From Lingula anatina (lineage: Eukaryota > Animalia > Brachiopoda), in NCBI GenBank assembly GCA_051362555.1, contig CM120642.1, positions 22,692,001 through 22,756,000 of the forward strand: a DNA stretch of 64,000 bases, given 5' to 3'. Below the pieces are notes generated by a model that worked only from the letters and a program-made list of their open reading frames with translations, did not search any database and was not told where the DNA came from. Below, piece after piece: positions 12,253 through 24,636 of this stretch. Position 1 is the first letter of the stretch; every line of letters starts with the position of its first letter. Made by a program: the position numbers and the translations under genes.

Positions 12253-14013
12253 AGATCTTCGTCATATTTTGAATTTTAGTTGTCTATTGATTACTTGGTC
12301 CACAAACCCCAAACACCGATATTTACATGTCCCTAGGTTTATTTTGATTGAAAAGTTTTAAGTACTTTTATATTCCTTAACAACGATTACAGTATATACC
12401 TCTATTATTTAACGTTCTGACCCTTCTGTAATTTCATTTTACAAAACAATGCAAGTTATACGGAGTTTTTATAAAATTACAAAGATCCGAAGCAGGCATG
12501 AACAATGTCTTGAAAAGTAAGGGTGATGTTTTGTGTTGAAATATTTTCACATCACAGATTCGTCTACTTAAAAGTGCAGAGAATTTTGAAGCTGCACAGT
12601 GTCATGGCATTCGTGTTTGCCACAGAGTTAAAAGCAAACGCTCGAGTAGCATTCCAATTTTACGAAATAATTACACTGAATTGGCACTTTTGTTGACTTC
12701 GCGTTTTAACTGCATTGCAACAATCAAGGAAAACTTTCAAGTACAGATGTGCTGCTGAAGAATTTAAGTCAATTAAAAGCACTCGCGTTCCCTTGTGGAA
12801 ACACCAGGCATTCAAGTACAGCTGGGATAGCAATCATGTCGGCACTTTTGTAGTGATAGGTGTTGAGCCAACATTTCGAAAAAATCGAGCAACATACGTC
12901 AAGAACAATAATGGATTAACTTTGGCATTACGCGACCAATCCCTACATTAAAGGTTCCAATATATCGAAAATGGAAGTTGCAGTGCTATGTTTATAAAAC
13001 CTGCGCATCTTTTCTCCTCTTAGGAGAAACTATCGTCCCATTGAATACAATCAGATTTTGAGATTAACACGCCTTTCTCTTGTTTTCAACGCACCAGTTT
13101 TTCTGTATTCTATTCATATAATGGAAATATTGGCAAATTGATACCTTGAGATAATTAGCACCTTAATACAACCTTGTTTGGTACTTCATTTTGAGGCAGT
13201 AATATACTTGACCCCCCCCCCCCCCCCCCCCCCCCCCCCGATGACTAGCAGGTCCGCTAAAACATAAAGCTCAGGCAAACCAATAATTTATAGTTTTATA
13301 GTATTATTTCTTCCTAAAAAAACTTTTTCAAAGACCGTAGACATCTTCATTATCGACTAAGCTTTATATCCCCCATCGTATACTTTGGGGACTACAGCGT
13401 TAATTTATAACTTTGAAGAATTTTCTGTCAAATTCATTTCCGCTGATGGACCAGCGGGAAACCGATATGCAAACGAAACATAAACTGCATGTGGTAAAAC
13501 CAAGATATCAGTTAGGGAAAGACCTATTCTTTACCCCCTCGAAGGGCAGATGCAAATTAAAATGGAAACGATTTAATAAAAAAAATCTGTGTTTTAGAAA
13601 CCCCATATTAAACTTTACGGGTATATAGAACTACGAATTCATTAAGATGGTTATTAAGTTGGATAAATCACAAAATACTTATTTCGCTAGTTCAAAACGA
13701 TTTATAAGGCATACATGCCGTATAATTTATCAGTAACTTAAAGTTAAACTGCGCATCGCAGACAGCGTTTTATGAAAAAATTAATCCTCCACTGAAATTA
13801 TGTGTTATACTTAGACATTGCAGTATCGTATTTAACAGAAATACTGATTTCAGTAAAATAACTAAATATATTTTAGACCTGTTTAACGTGTTACTTATTT
13901 TTACAGGCTATTCGATGCCGAATAGCCTGTAAAGTTTAAAGGGATAATAACTCTTCGTATGAGATCTATATTTCACAATAAAAATATTGTGAATAACTCA
14001 TAGAAATATAATA

Positions 14014-15673
14014 CAGGGTTGCTACTTAAAATGGAATATTTTTTATCATTGTTATTTTTGAGTGCTGATTAAATATTTTTTGGCTTGATTCATCAAAAAA
14101 GTATATCATTGAGTGAGAAAAATATCCAGTCTTCCATTGTGAGATATTTTGGTCAATAATATCAAATCTGACATAAGATGTCATTCAAAAGAAAAGAACA
14201 CCCCCAGAAAATCATATCAACAGTTTGATGTCAGTATTAACTTTAAGCTAAGATATTAAAGAAAATGATAGCCTCCGGACAGTGATAAGTTACACAGTCA
14301 AAGAAATCATTACAGTAAATCATGAAAAGTCATCAATAGCGGGTATGACCTCCAGCAGCCGCTTGCAGCGCCCTCATCCTACATGCCATACCCTGTGACA
14401 AGTTTTTTAGAGTTTGGATGTGGATATCATTCCACGCAGTAATATTTGCCTGTCGCATTTCATCACTATTTACCGGCCGATGACCATAGCTATTAATTCT
14501 CTGAGTTACTTCCGCCCACAGATTTTCAATTGGGTTCATTACTGGGGAGTTTGCAGGCCAGGGCAGTTGCTGAACCTACTGGTTTTGAAGAAAAACAGTG
14601 ATTCTGCGAGCTCGATGTGGGGTTGCACAGTCGTCTTGGTACACAAAGCTGTTCCTAAAGATGACTCTTACAAATCGAAGCATTGTTTGCTGTAGAATGT
14701 CTCTGTAGGAACCCTGGTTGAGGTTGCCTCCCAGAAAAACCAACTGGTTCTGGACACCGGCATGGAATGCTCCCCAAACAGAGACGTTACCACCCCCTGC
14801 TTGCACCCTAAGTAGTACACAATCATTGTTTTATGCCTCTTGTACACATCGGCGGACACGGATTCGACAGTCAACCCCCAAAATTCCATATCTGACCTCG
14901 TCACTGAAAACGACGTGATTCCAGTGTTTTGGCTGCAAAAGCACGTGGTCCCCAGCCCATTGCAGACGTCGCTGTATATGACCTGCTGTTAACAGTGGTT
15001 TACGTACTGGTCTTCGTGCAAAATAACCAGTTTGCTGTAATCTTTTGTTCACAAGGGACCTTGAAACGGGCGTTTGAAAGGCATTCTGCCACTCTTTTTT
15101 GAGGACACTGGTTGTCTTTGTACGACCAGCACGGGGCACTCTAAGGAGAAGGCGATCCTGTCTTCTTGGTGTGGTACGCGGACACCCTGGTGGAAGTATT
15201 GGAGTAGGTGCCCCTGCTGTAGCATTTGTTTGGAGGACTTTATTAACGGTTCCTGAAAAATGTTGAATTGTCTGGCAATGGCTATCCGTTTCTAGCCATT
15301 TTCTCTGAGAGCAAGAATCCCATAGTAAGCTGCGTTGCTTAGCTGTCGAACCATATCTTCTCTAAGGTAACTGACAAGTTTCAGAGCGATCCCTTTGTTG
15401 CTTCTCTAAATACACTCCAAAGATTGACCAAACCCATGCGCTTTTATACAAGGGCAGAAATTGCCGAAAAGACCACCCCTCACATTTCTGACCACAGAAC
15501 ATGCAACTGCTTACATTAATTGTTTCGAAAGTTGCATGGTAATTAGGTAACACACCTGGCTACACATAGAGTGACCCCTCAGTTTTGGATTTAAAATAGT
15601 TGGAGAGAAATTAAATATTTTGTAGAACAATTTCTCGACAAAAAATAATATTCCATATTAAGTGGTAACCCTG
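14014..15673 (-). mobile_element. Full-length Tc1 (DD34E) DNA transposon, defective
   Basis: TIRs of about 27 bp (CAGGGTTGCTACTTAAAATGGAATATT / AATATTCCATATTAAGTGGTAACCCTG), with TA on both sides. The uninterrupted copy of the host MITE at 28063 confirms the TA duplication. Confidence 0.95.
14333..15354 (-). pseudogene. Tc1 transposase pseudogene
   Basis: Fragments ARRPVRKPLLT, WNHVVFSDE, GGGNVSVWGAF, YQDDCATPHRAR, WPANSPVMNPIENLW and AAGGHTRY. 34 residues separate the second catalytic D and the E. Several stops and frameshifts. Confidence 0.93.
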
Positions 15674-16428
15674 TATATTCTGTTTTACCACAAAAACAGC
15701 AGTTATAGCTATTATTCTGATATCTGAGCTTGTCTTTAGACCAAGTGACCTCCACTGATGGCTATACTCTGTTAAAATCTCTTAAGAGATTTTAACAAAA
15801 AACCAAACTTTTTAGAAAAAAACCAGGGACTAACTTTGAATGTAAAAATGGATGCATTAACCATTGGTAAGTATGGGAAAATTGTTGTGTACTCCAGGAA
15901 AATTCATTTTTTGGCCCAAACGAAGAGTTATTATCCCTTTAATATTTAGCAAAATATCTACGTACTCAATTTGGGAACTGCAATGCTTGCTGTTGTGACA
16001 GGCAATGGAGAAGTGAGATAATCACGTTGGTTAATGAACAACGGGCAAAAAAAAAATGTTATTTGGTTATTTATTATATATATTAGTCATGCCAATGTAC
16101 TAAGAATTACGGTGCAACGCAATTTGCAATGAGAGAAATCCTTTTAGTAGGAGCCTGCATTTGTTTCGCTGCAAATGTTAGTCTAGTATTCATGGATAAT
16201 CGAGACAGAGGGCACAGACTGGCTATCTTCTTCAAGTTTGAAACATGTGCCATCTTCCATCTGTATCTAAAACCCATGATCCGCTGTACCAATGCAGTCA
16301 CCAAAATGCCTATTACTAAAAGAATAATTCTTGGATTCAGCAAGTATTAATACCGCGTTACACTTTCAGTGATATCGAATGAATTTGGTTATGTGCAACG
16401 GCGGGATTGCATGAATTTAGCTACCTTA

Positions 16429-17287
16429 AGCCTCGGTCACAACCGGCCGTACGGGCTCTTACGGGCTGTTTGCGTCCAAATTTTGCGCAGAATCTCACGT
16501 CCCACGCAAGTCCTTCTTACGAAATTTGGAGGTCGCAGACATCCCATATATAAGCACTTACGGAGGATGTTGGACATGTCCAAAAGATTCTACGAATAGC
16601 CTGCGAACAGCGAGGCCGCAAGCTTAACTTGCTCCCCTCGCACGGAGTTAGCGAGAAAGACGCTCGTTGTGCAAGATGCACGTCGCAAGCAATGAAGGAA
16701 CAAGTGCCCTTTGCGTGTTGAGTAAGGCGCACGCCCTCACAACTAACGAACAAAGTCGAGAGCACACCGGGAATGCGTCGCACGTGCGTCACTGTGAACG
16801 TCGACTGTGTAACGTGTACAACAATTTTCAAAATGTTCAAATTTTGCTCAATTTAGTTTCTAGTATGCCTCCAAAAGGCAAGAGAAAGAAGCTTACATAG
16901 TAGAAAAAAGGGAGGAGGTAGAAGAAAAAAGAGGAGAACAGGAAGCAAAGCTGACGTACGCCGTCAGTACGTCACCACAAACGTGTGAGGCAAGTGTGAA
17001 GCAAAACTGACGCAAAAGGGCACTACTTTCGCCGTGCGTTGCATCCCCTTCGTAAGTGGTGAGTGTGTGCCTTGTACACAGGAAGCAAGACAAACTCAAG
17101 AGTACAATTTCCACGGCCAGCGCTCCTTGCAATAAGCATCCCTGCTTGAAAGGACATCTCATGTGGCCCTTGCGACTCGCAAGACAGATTTTCCTCTACC
17201 TCTACGACCTCCACAGCCTCCGCAACACCCAAAAATCGCAGAGGTCGTACGATCCTGAAATTCGTGCGTCCGGTTGTGACCGAGGCT
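16429..17287. mobile_element. Non-autonomous PIF/Harbinger element (859 bp)
   Basis: TTA|AGCCTCGGTCACAACCGG...CCGGTTGTGACCGAGGCT|TTA, a perfect 18-bp TIR. CpG-rich. Confidence 0.9.
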
Positions 17288-17374
17288 TTAATCGCGTCTC
17301 TTATCGGTGTGCGTGGAACGCCAATTTGATGATCTGAAGGTGTTCCTTGAATGCGTCATGAGTTCTGCGTTTAG

Positions 17375-17590
17375 GACCCCATTCCCAGAGATTAGATCGA
17401 TCTACTTTAGATCGACCTAACTCCTTGGGGGTTCACGCTAAATAGCTGTCAGAAGAGCGGGCACGAAAGTTAATTACCCTCTTACAGCTTGTAGTAGACG
17501 GGACGGACATTTAAGAAGGATTATCTGACAGTAATCTAGTGAGACTCCCCGCGGGGATAGATCGATCTAAAAGCTCTGGGAATACGCCCC
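17375..17590 (-). mobile_element. MITE family A, inverted copy
   Basis: Reverse complement of 18868-19081, with TAG on both flanks. Confidence 0.9.
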
Positions 17591-17862
17591 TAGGTCTGTA
17601 GATCAACTGGATCAAAACGTGATATTTCGGTTCCCAGCCCACTGATTTGTAAGAAAAGTTCAGAGGTTTCATATCAGGAGGTAAAGTGAGAAGCTGCCGC
17701 GACTGATGACTCACGTCTGGTAATAGATAGTCTGAGGCAATGTATAGGTTTAATGTTTTAAGTGAGAATAAGGCTCTCAGGTAGTCATATGAAGATGGTT
17801 CCAGTGAGGACAATTGTTTTGTGCATCAGACAACAGTTTGCGTTATTGGATTTTAACATTTT

Positions 17863-18105
17863 GCGCCGTGAGATGAAATTGTCCGTACATTTTTTTTTTT
17901 GAAATCGTTAGGAGCTACGGGCTACGCCGAGTATGTCTACATTACATGGTCTTAAATCCGTACGATTCCGTGCGATTTCGCACGGCCACCGTCTACCTCC
18001 GCTCAGACGCCGAACGAAATGGGTATTACGGGCCTTATACGTGCACCGTGTGGGCATTGCATTTCAAATGTAATCTAGGCTTTAGTTTTGGCACACCGTA
18101 AAAAT
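17863..18105 (+). repeat. Near-identical direct duplicate of 18244-18485
   Basis: Same sequence offset by about 380 bp. Lacks the left TIR but includes the right flank. Confidence 0.9.
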
Positions 18106-18221
18106 GAAAAAGTTCAGTTACTTTAACCGTTTTTTAAAAAAGATATTGCCATGTAATTTGGGATATTGTAGAAAAATGATGTTTTTAATAAATGCTGATA
18201 ATTACGTCTCTACCTTTCTTA

Positions 18222-18461
18222 AGCCTAGATTACATTTACACGGGCGCCGTGCGATGAAATTGTCCGTACATTTTTTTTTTGAAATCGTTAGGAGCTACGG
18301 GCTACGCCGAGTATGTCTACATTACATGGTCTTAAATCCGTACGATTCCGTGCGATTTCGCACGGCCACCGTCTACCTCCGCTCAGACGCCAAACGAAAT
18401 TGGTATTACAGGCCTTATACGTGCACCGTGTGGGCATTGCATTTCAAATGTAATCTAGGCT
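18222..18461. mobile_element. PIF/Harbinger-type MITE (240 bp)
   Basis: TTA|AGCCTAGATTACATTT...AAATGTAATCTAGGCT|TTA. Confidence 0.88.
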
Positions 18462-18867
18462 TTAGTTTTGGCACACCGTAAAAATAAAAATTTTAAGTCA
18501 ATCATGCCATGCCGGCAGATGCAGGTGCAGGCTGATCCTCTTGTAAAATGGCCATGGCTTCTACAGCAGCTTTATTTTCCTGTGTGGGTGCAATTTTAGG
18601 TCTGCCCGGACTTTTTTCTAACAGTCGAGTCGGTATCTTTTATCTTTTTCCAAGCAGATAATTATATTGTCGATTGCAGTTCTTCACGGAAAATTCGTTG
18701 AAAATCCTGTTGCCAATCCATCCCTTTTCTATTTCACAGGCCTCAATAAAAAGCCTTTTCCTTATCAATTAAAGCAACGTAATATTGATCTCTCACTTAA
18801 AATTATCCAACTGCCTTCCATCTACACAAAAAATCATGTCTGAACACCTGACAGGCGTCAAAACTAA

Positions 18868-19081
18868 GGGCGTATTCCCAGACATTTAGATCGATCTATC
18901 CCCGTGGGGAGTCTCACTAGATTACTGTCAGATAATCCGGCTTAAATGTCCGTCCCGCCTACTATAAGCTGTAAGGGGGTAATTAACTTTCGTGCCCGCT
19001 CGGCTGACAGCTATTTAGCGTGAACCCCCAGGGAGTTAGGTCGATCTAGTTTGGATCCATCTAATCTCTGGGAATGGGGTC
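18868..19081 (+). mobile_element. MITE family A copy
   Basis: TAA|GGGCGTATTCCCAGA...TCTGGGAATGGGGTC|TAA. Confidence 0.9.
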
Positions 19082-20094
19082 TAACAGACACTGGCATCTC
19101 AGACCAGCAGGCACATAGGCCGGAAGGCATTATTTGACTTAAGTTTTTTTTCGGGGTGTCAAAACTAAAAAAGGTTAAGTCATGAAATTTTCAGCATTAA
19201 TTAAAACATCATTTTCCTAAATTGTTCTAAATTTCAGTGCCATATATTCGAAACTGTTGAAGTTATTGAACTTGTATTTAATAAGTTTTTTTTTTTGCTT
19301 TTTATGTCATATATCGTATTCATACATGTTTGTCAGATAAAATGCCAGATAAAATGTCGAATTGAATAACGGTTTGATACCTAAATATATGAAGAATCAT
19401 GTTCGCCGTCAAGGTTCATTTTCATATTTACATGTTTAAAGCTTACAGGCCCTGTAACGTTTAGTTGCTTCTGCGCAGATTTACTGCGCCTAATATAACA
19501 ACGGCATTTTATGTTATTGGCATCTACATGTTTCTGTCAACGAGTTTAAAGTCAGGCAGACCAGGCATGCTACACCAGTAGCATTATAACAATATTTTCG
19601 TGCACACATCACCAACCCCCCCCCCCCCCCCCCACACACACAACTATTTATACAGTAGGAATTTTTGTTTGTGTGTACCTCAAGTGGGGAAAGCTCATCA
19701 ACCTCTGCAGCGTGGTCCTATTTTTCTGCATGGATTTTTACTTACCAATTAACACATACTGTAGCGCCTAGTATGTCATTGATGTTTGGTTTTCTATGCA
19801 CTGAAATTGAATGATGCATTTTATTCAAAGTTGTTAGAAAAATAAACAAAACAACTGAATTGATTAACTTTAAAATTTCTAATTATTAAGTTGGATCCTT
19901 TTTTCAACATGTTACAGGGAATAAAACTGAATGTATGATTTTTATCTCCTAAAATAATTTACATTGAAGATGTTTTTTCTTGCCTGAAATACATTCCAGT
20001 AGATAAAAAAGGCTATATAAATACAGCATAGACGGCGATAACACTTGCAGGTAAAATTACGGTGACAAAGTCTTTGATCAATCCAAAACTAACA

Positions 20095-20666
20095 CATCTT
20101 CATGTCATCGCTGTTTAACCGCCGATTCAGGATCGCAGCGTGCTTTCCCAGCTCTGTGAAGTTAAATGTAGGCCTACTCTTCCCTGATAATTTTTGTATG
20201 TGTTTAATGCCACATTTTCCCAGCTTTATGAATACGAAGCAAAATACGATGTATATTATGAACGGAAAGTGTGCACACAAGAGACGATTTCATGTCGTCG
20301 CTGTAAAACCGCCGGTTTAGGAACGCAGCGTGCTTCCCCAACTCTGCGAAAATAAGTGCACTCACGACTAATAATATTTGTATGTGTTGTATGTTACATT
20401 TTCCAAAATTTGTGAATACAAAGCAAACTACGATGCATATACTAAGCGGAAAGCGTGCTCATATGATCGGCGCCATGTTGCCCATGTCCCAATTTTGTTA
20501 CCAAGTATCGTGAACGTGCAGATATAGATATTGTAGGCTCTTGTAGTCCAGGAGAAACATTAACGGTGACATGACGGCAGAGCCGGCGGATCAAACGGAT
20601 ACGGCGGACGAGACCGATCGGGACTAAAACCATGTATACTGCCAGCGCGAACGCTAGTGGTACAAT
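20095..20666 (-). mobile_element. Related HINE 5' end with two adjacent diverged repeats of about 190 bp
   Basis: The reverse complement attgtaccactagcg-ttcg-cgctggcagtatacatggttttagtcccg...catgtcaccgtta matches 2476-2560. Repeats start at 20101 and 20291. Confidence 0.7.
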
Positions 20667-21003
20667 ACATTACGTTCACTTTCGCGGGTTACATTCATAC
20701 TGGGACATCCTGGAGATTCCAAATACGCCTGTTAAGATACTTCATGGTATATCCAAATATAGTATAATATTTATTCATTAACGTGACATGTGATATACAT
20801 ATATGCAAATCACCCTGCCTCATGGGCCAACAAGTCACCGAACTTTGTACATACATCAGAAAAAATAAAAAGATATTACCTGACACATCATGGGATAATG
20901 GCCCATCTCATACAAGTTTAACTTTATGTATGCCAATGCAACATCCACAAAAAAAAAAAAAAAAAAAAAAAAAAAACTTGACTTGGTAGGTATCTTATTA
21001 CTG

Positions 21004-21061
21004 AAAATACACACACAAAAAGAAAGAATTTCAAAATGTTTATAAACACTGTCCTTTTATT
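21004..21061 (-). terminator. Candidate GAB polyadenylation signal (3'UTR of about 1.75 kb)
   Basis: AATAAA on the minus strand at 21056-21061, followed by a U/GU-rich tract (ttttgtgtgtgtatttt, about 21004-21021). Roughly coincides with the end of the CpG-depleted domain. Confidence 0.5.
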
Positions 21062-22799
21062 GCTCATGGCCACGTATACACGTATATACAAATGTTACAA
21101 GCAGCAAAATAATTTCATTAATTGTGAAATATCAAATGCTAATTTTCTCTTTAACACTAGGCCATCTTAAGCAATTCTACAAAATGGCAGCATTGCTTGC
21201 AATATTTGCATTTTGATGTTTTACTTTAAAACTTATCATATTTAGTAACGTTTGTTCCAAGATTTCTCCCTGTAAAAAGGAAACAGTATTGGAAATATGT
21301 TAATTATAAATGAAATAACCTGATAGAACTTTAAGTATCTATAACATTTGGTTCAGAAAGACTTGAATATGAGAGAAATAGTACTGCAAAAGATGCTCTT
21401 AAACTGAATCCCTAAATTAATAAATTCAACTTCAACACTGGCTAGTTTTATATGTGCTCAATAAAATCTTCAGATTTGCCACTATGAAATCATCTGCCAA
21501 TTAAAGTTTACACTGTGCGATATCAAAAGTATATGCTGTACACATTTCATTGTCAATCAAAAATATATGGATTATTTATACAATACCACTTTATCAACTG
21601 CATTATTAATACAAAGGGATTCTTTCGAAAGTAATACAATGTATCACTGGCACTACAAATCTAAATTCAAAATGGAAGTGACTTTAGACTACAGCAGCAT
21701 AATATACATATATAGTGTTTCTTGGAACAAATGTACAGCATATTCTACTCATATTTGTTCCAGCCTCAATGTATAGTTGCCTCATCTTTGTAATTTTATT
21801 ATCACAGTTATCAATCCATGTAAAATGCATTATCAAAAGAAGAAAATCCACAGACAGTGACATTATTTCAGAAGAGCTTGATCATGGGTGACTAAAATAA
21901 TTGTTAGAATCAATTTGCTCCAACAGTTACTAAACCGCAGCTGTACGTGCTTTTCACTGCCAACTTATCTTACATTTACCTTACACTTGTTGGCTATGAA
22001 ATTTCTTAGACTTAACTTTTGCATCCCTTCTGGAAGGCAAATGGACAGCAATATATATCCAAAGGTTATCTGGCAAATATATGTATATATTTTTTATTGA
22101 TATAATGTGTCATTGTCATTAATAATGGCATTATAAGTTCAAACTTGAATAGTGTAAAAAATTAACATAGCTTGAACCTTGGTGCAAACGCTGAAATTAC
22201 ATCTGAATGCGTGACATAATCTGCACAATAAATATACACAAATATGTTACCTCATGTAAATTGCTTAATCATCGAGTTGAAACATTGCAAATAATTATAT
22301 AGCTCCATTAATGTATAAATGTCCTGCTAATAAATGATGTCCTTAGTGTGAAAAAAAGACTTTAATGAATGTCCATGGTCAAAATGACAAGCATATATAA
22401 GAAATAAAAAAATTAACAAGACTCAAAAGGAAAGAGATTATTTTAGCCACTGTTGCATCAAGAATCAACGTAACACTGCTTAACAAGATTTTCACATACT
22501 TATGTCAGACATAAATATGTATGAATACAAATTTTACAAACATATTTGGATAGGGACATAATGAGGAAAAATATCTTAAACATACTGGTAAAACTTAAAA
22601 CATAACTCGGTCTTTATGGTCAATAGTCCTATTTCCTATTATCTGTTGTGTTACCTCAACTTAAATAAGGAGTTATTAGATTCCAAATGATGTTATGAAG
22701 AAATAAAGATTTCAAGCCATCTGCAGGAAATATATATCATTATATTCATCAAAACTGAGCAGTGCTTCTGTAACATTGAATACCATTGTGTCTGTCATA

Positions 22800-23057
22800 T
22801 TAATTCGTATCATTACTTTTCCTCTTGCTATCCAAATCTCGTTTGATGTCCTCCAAGGCTTTGGTCTTGAGAAAATCAATTTCTTTATAGTCAGTCTGGT
22901 TTCGCTGTGCTGCTGGCGGAGATCTGGTCAGCCTGGGACTCTTCTCTTGATCAGATGAATGATCCGAGAGATCTAGATCTAAATATTCCACAATTTTCTG
23001 TTTTCTTGGTGCAGGGGGTGTTGCTTGAAGACACTGTACTGGAGGGGGTGGAGGGGG
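22800..23057 (-). CDS. GAB: GAB terminal coding exon with SHP2-binding tandem tyrosine motif
   Basis: tttttccag acceptor. Reads PPPPPPVQ...IVEYLDLDL...TDYKEIDFLKTKAL...stop TAA. VEYLDL and DYxxID correspond to the GAB1 Y627/Y659 motifs. Confidence 0.93.
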   Translation of the reverse strand, partial: PPPPPPVQCLQATPPAPRKQKIVEYLDLDLSDHSSDQEKSPRLTRSPPAAQRNQTDYKEIDFLKTKALEDIKRDLDSKRKSNDTN

Positions 23058-23181
23058 CTGGAAAAAAAGAAATATTGTGAGACATGCTGAAACATTTACA
23101 ATGAACCAGTTCCCAATGGAAGGGGGTGAAACTTAATATTATATTATCCAGATTTTTTTCATTTTCTTTTTTCCCTTTTTT

Positions 23182-23217
<36 letters not shown>

Positions 23218-23468
23218 ATTCACATGAAAAAGTGCACTACCCATAGCTGGGGAGCTTATAAAAAGACAAGAAAAATTATTCAAACTTTTTATCTATCTTG
23301 ATTCCCAGGAAATAAAAATGGAGGTAGAGTTTGAATCATTTTTTAATATCTTTTTTATATATCATTTAAATTCTACCCAGGCCAAATTAAAATCTGACTA
23401 GGTAAGAATGAAATTATAATATTACAGAATAAATATAAAGTGAATTGAAATTTTTATTTGGCCTTGGC

Positions 23469-23470
<2 letters not shown>

Positions 23471-23521
<51 letters not shown>
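23471..23521. repeat. (AT)n microsatellite in GAB intron 5
   Basis: About 25 AT units starting about 25 nt into the intron. Confidence 0.95.
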
Positions 23522-23523
<2 letters not shown>

Positions 23524-23545
23524 TGTGTGACAGAGCCTGACATAC

Positions 23546-23684
23546 CAGTCTTCTCCCACTGCTACCTGCACTACTGTTACTGTTAGTTCGTGGTCGTTCA
23601 TCTTCACTATCATCATCAGAACTCGAGGAAAAACTGCCATGTGGTGGAGGGACACGCTTTGGGAGGGGGATGTCTTGCGTTTGT
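23546..23684 (-). CDS. GAB: GAB exon 5
   Basis: ttgtag acceptor and gtatgt donor. Reads QTQDIPLPKRVPPPHGSFSSSSDDDSEDERPRTNSNSSAGSSGRRL. 139 nt, phase 2 to 0. Confidence 0.85.
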
Positions 23685-24048
23685 CTACAAAATGAAACCA
23701 TCAGGTGGGTCACAAATACAATTTTGCAAGTGAACATATAAATCACCTTATTGTGAAGGGCCACCATTTGGTATCTAAGAAATATCTCAAGAAAGGTCTG
23801 AAACATTTAATTTTAATTATGAGAGAGAGAAAGAAAGAGAGAGAGAGAGAGAGAAGAGGGGCATACTGTCTCAAACTTAAAAGAATGAAAAAATTCACAG
23901 TACACTTTGCCTATCATTTACATTCCCTTTACCTTAGTTTAAGGCTGTCATAAAAATGTATACACATAAATGTATTGCCCTTCTTAATGCAGAGTCCCAG
24001 AACCAAATACCAGATTGATAAGTTCATTTCTTATCATTTCTTATCTAT

Positions 24049-24224
24049 GGTCTCATTCAGAATAGTGGACTTACTAGTCAGAGGGTCAAATATGGCCGAC
24101 CCACTTGAATACTTCCCCAGGGGACATCTATTCAGTGTCTATTAGCGGATTAGACGGCACGCTTTGTAGTGGGTAGCCATATTTGACCCTCGGGACTAGT
24201 TACTCCCCTATTCTGAATAGGGCC
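24049..24224. mobile_element. MITE in GAB intron 4
   Basis: Imperfect TIRs of about 48 bp: ggtctcattcagaatag...actagtcagagggtcaaatatggc / gccatatttgaccctcgggactagt...ctattctgaatagggcc. Confidence 0.85.
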
Positions 24225-24259
24225 TTAGTCTTGAAGATAGATAGAAACAGTAATTTTAC

Positions 24260-24359
24260 CTGGGACTACTATGGAGTTTAGCAGGGGTTTCTCTGCGGAA
24301 ACTCCTTGTCCTGGCTGTGGAAGAAATACTATAGGTATCCTCAACAGACATGGTGGATT
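24260..24359 (-). CDS. GAB: GAB exon 4
   Basis: ttttcag acceptor and gtaaaa donor. Reads ESTMSVEDTYSISSTARTRSFRRETPAKLHSSPR. 100 nt, phase 1 to 2, which bridges the frames of exons 3 and 5. Confidence 0.85.
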
Positions 24360-24636
24360 CTGAAAAGTCAAATTATAATGGTATAACTACACTTTAATAA
24401 ACAAGATTGTGTTGGAATTTTTGACAAGACCATCTTCCTACCGAGAAATGAATAAAGAGAGAATAGGAATCATGTGTCAGCTATACTATCTCTCACAAAT
24501 ATGTTACAGATATACTTAGCAATTTGCAATTTGAACACAAATCCATTGAAGCAAAGTGATAATCCTCAGCAAGTAGAATAATGTGAATAAATACTACATA
24601 AGTCATTAAGGAATCATGAACTTCATACACAGATAC

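Larger units (their letters stand above)
13940..15938. mobile_element. Kolobok-type MITE (TTAA TSD) split by the Tc1 insertion
   Basis: TTAA|AGGGATAATAACTCTTCG...CGAAGAGTTATTATCCCT|TTAA. The halves 13940-14013 and 15676-15938 rejoin to match 28063-28398. Confidence 0.9.
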
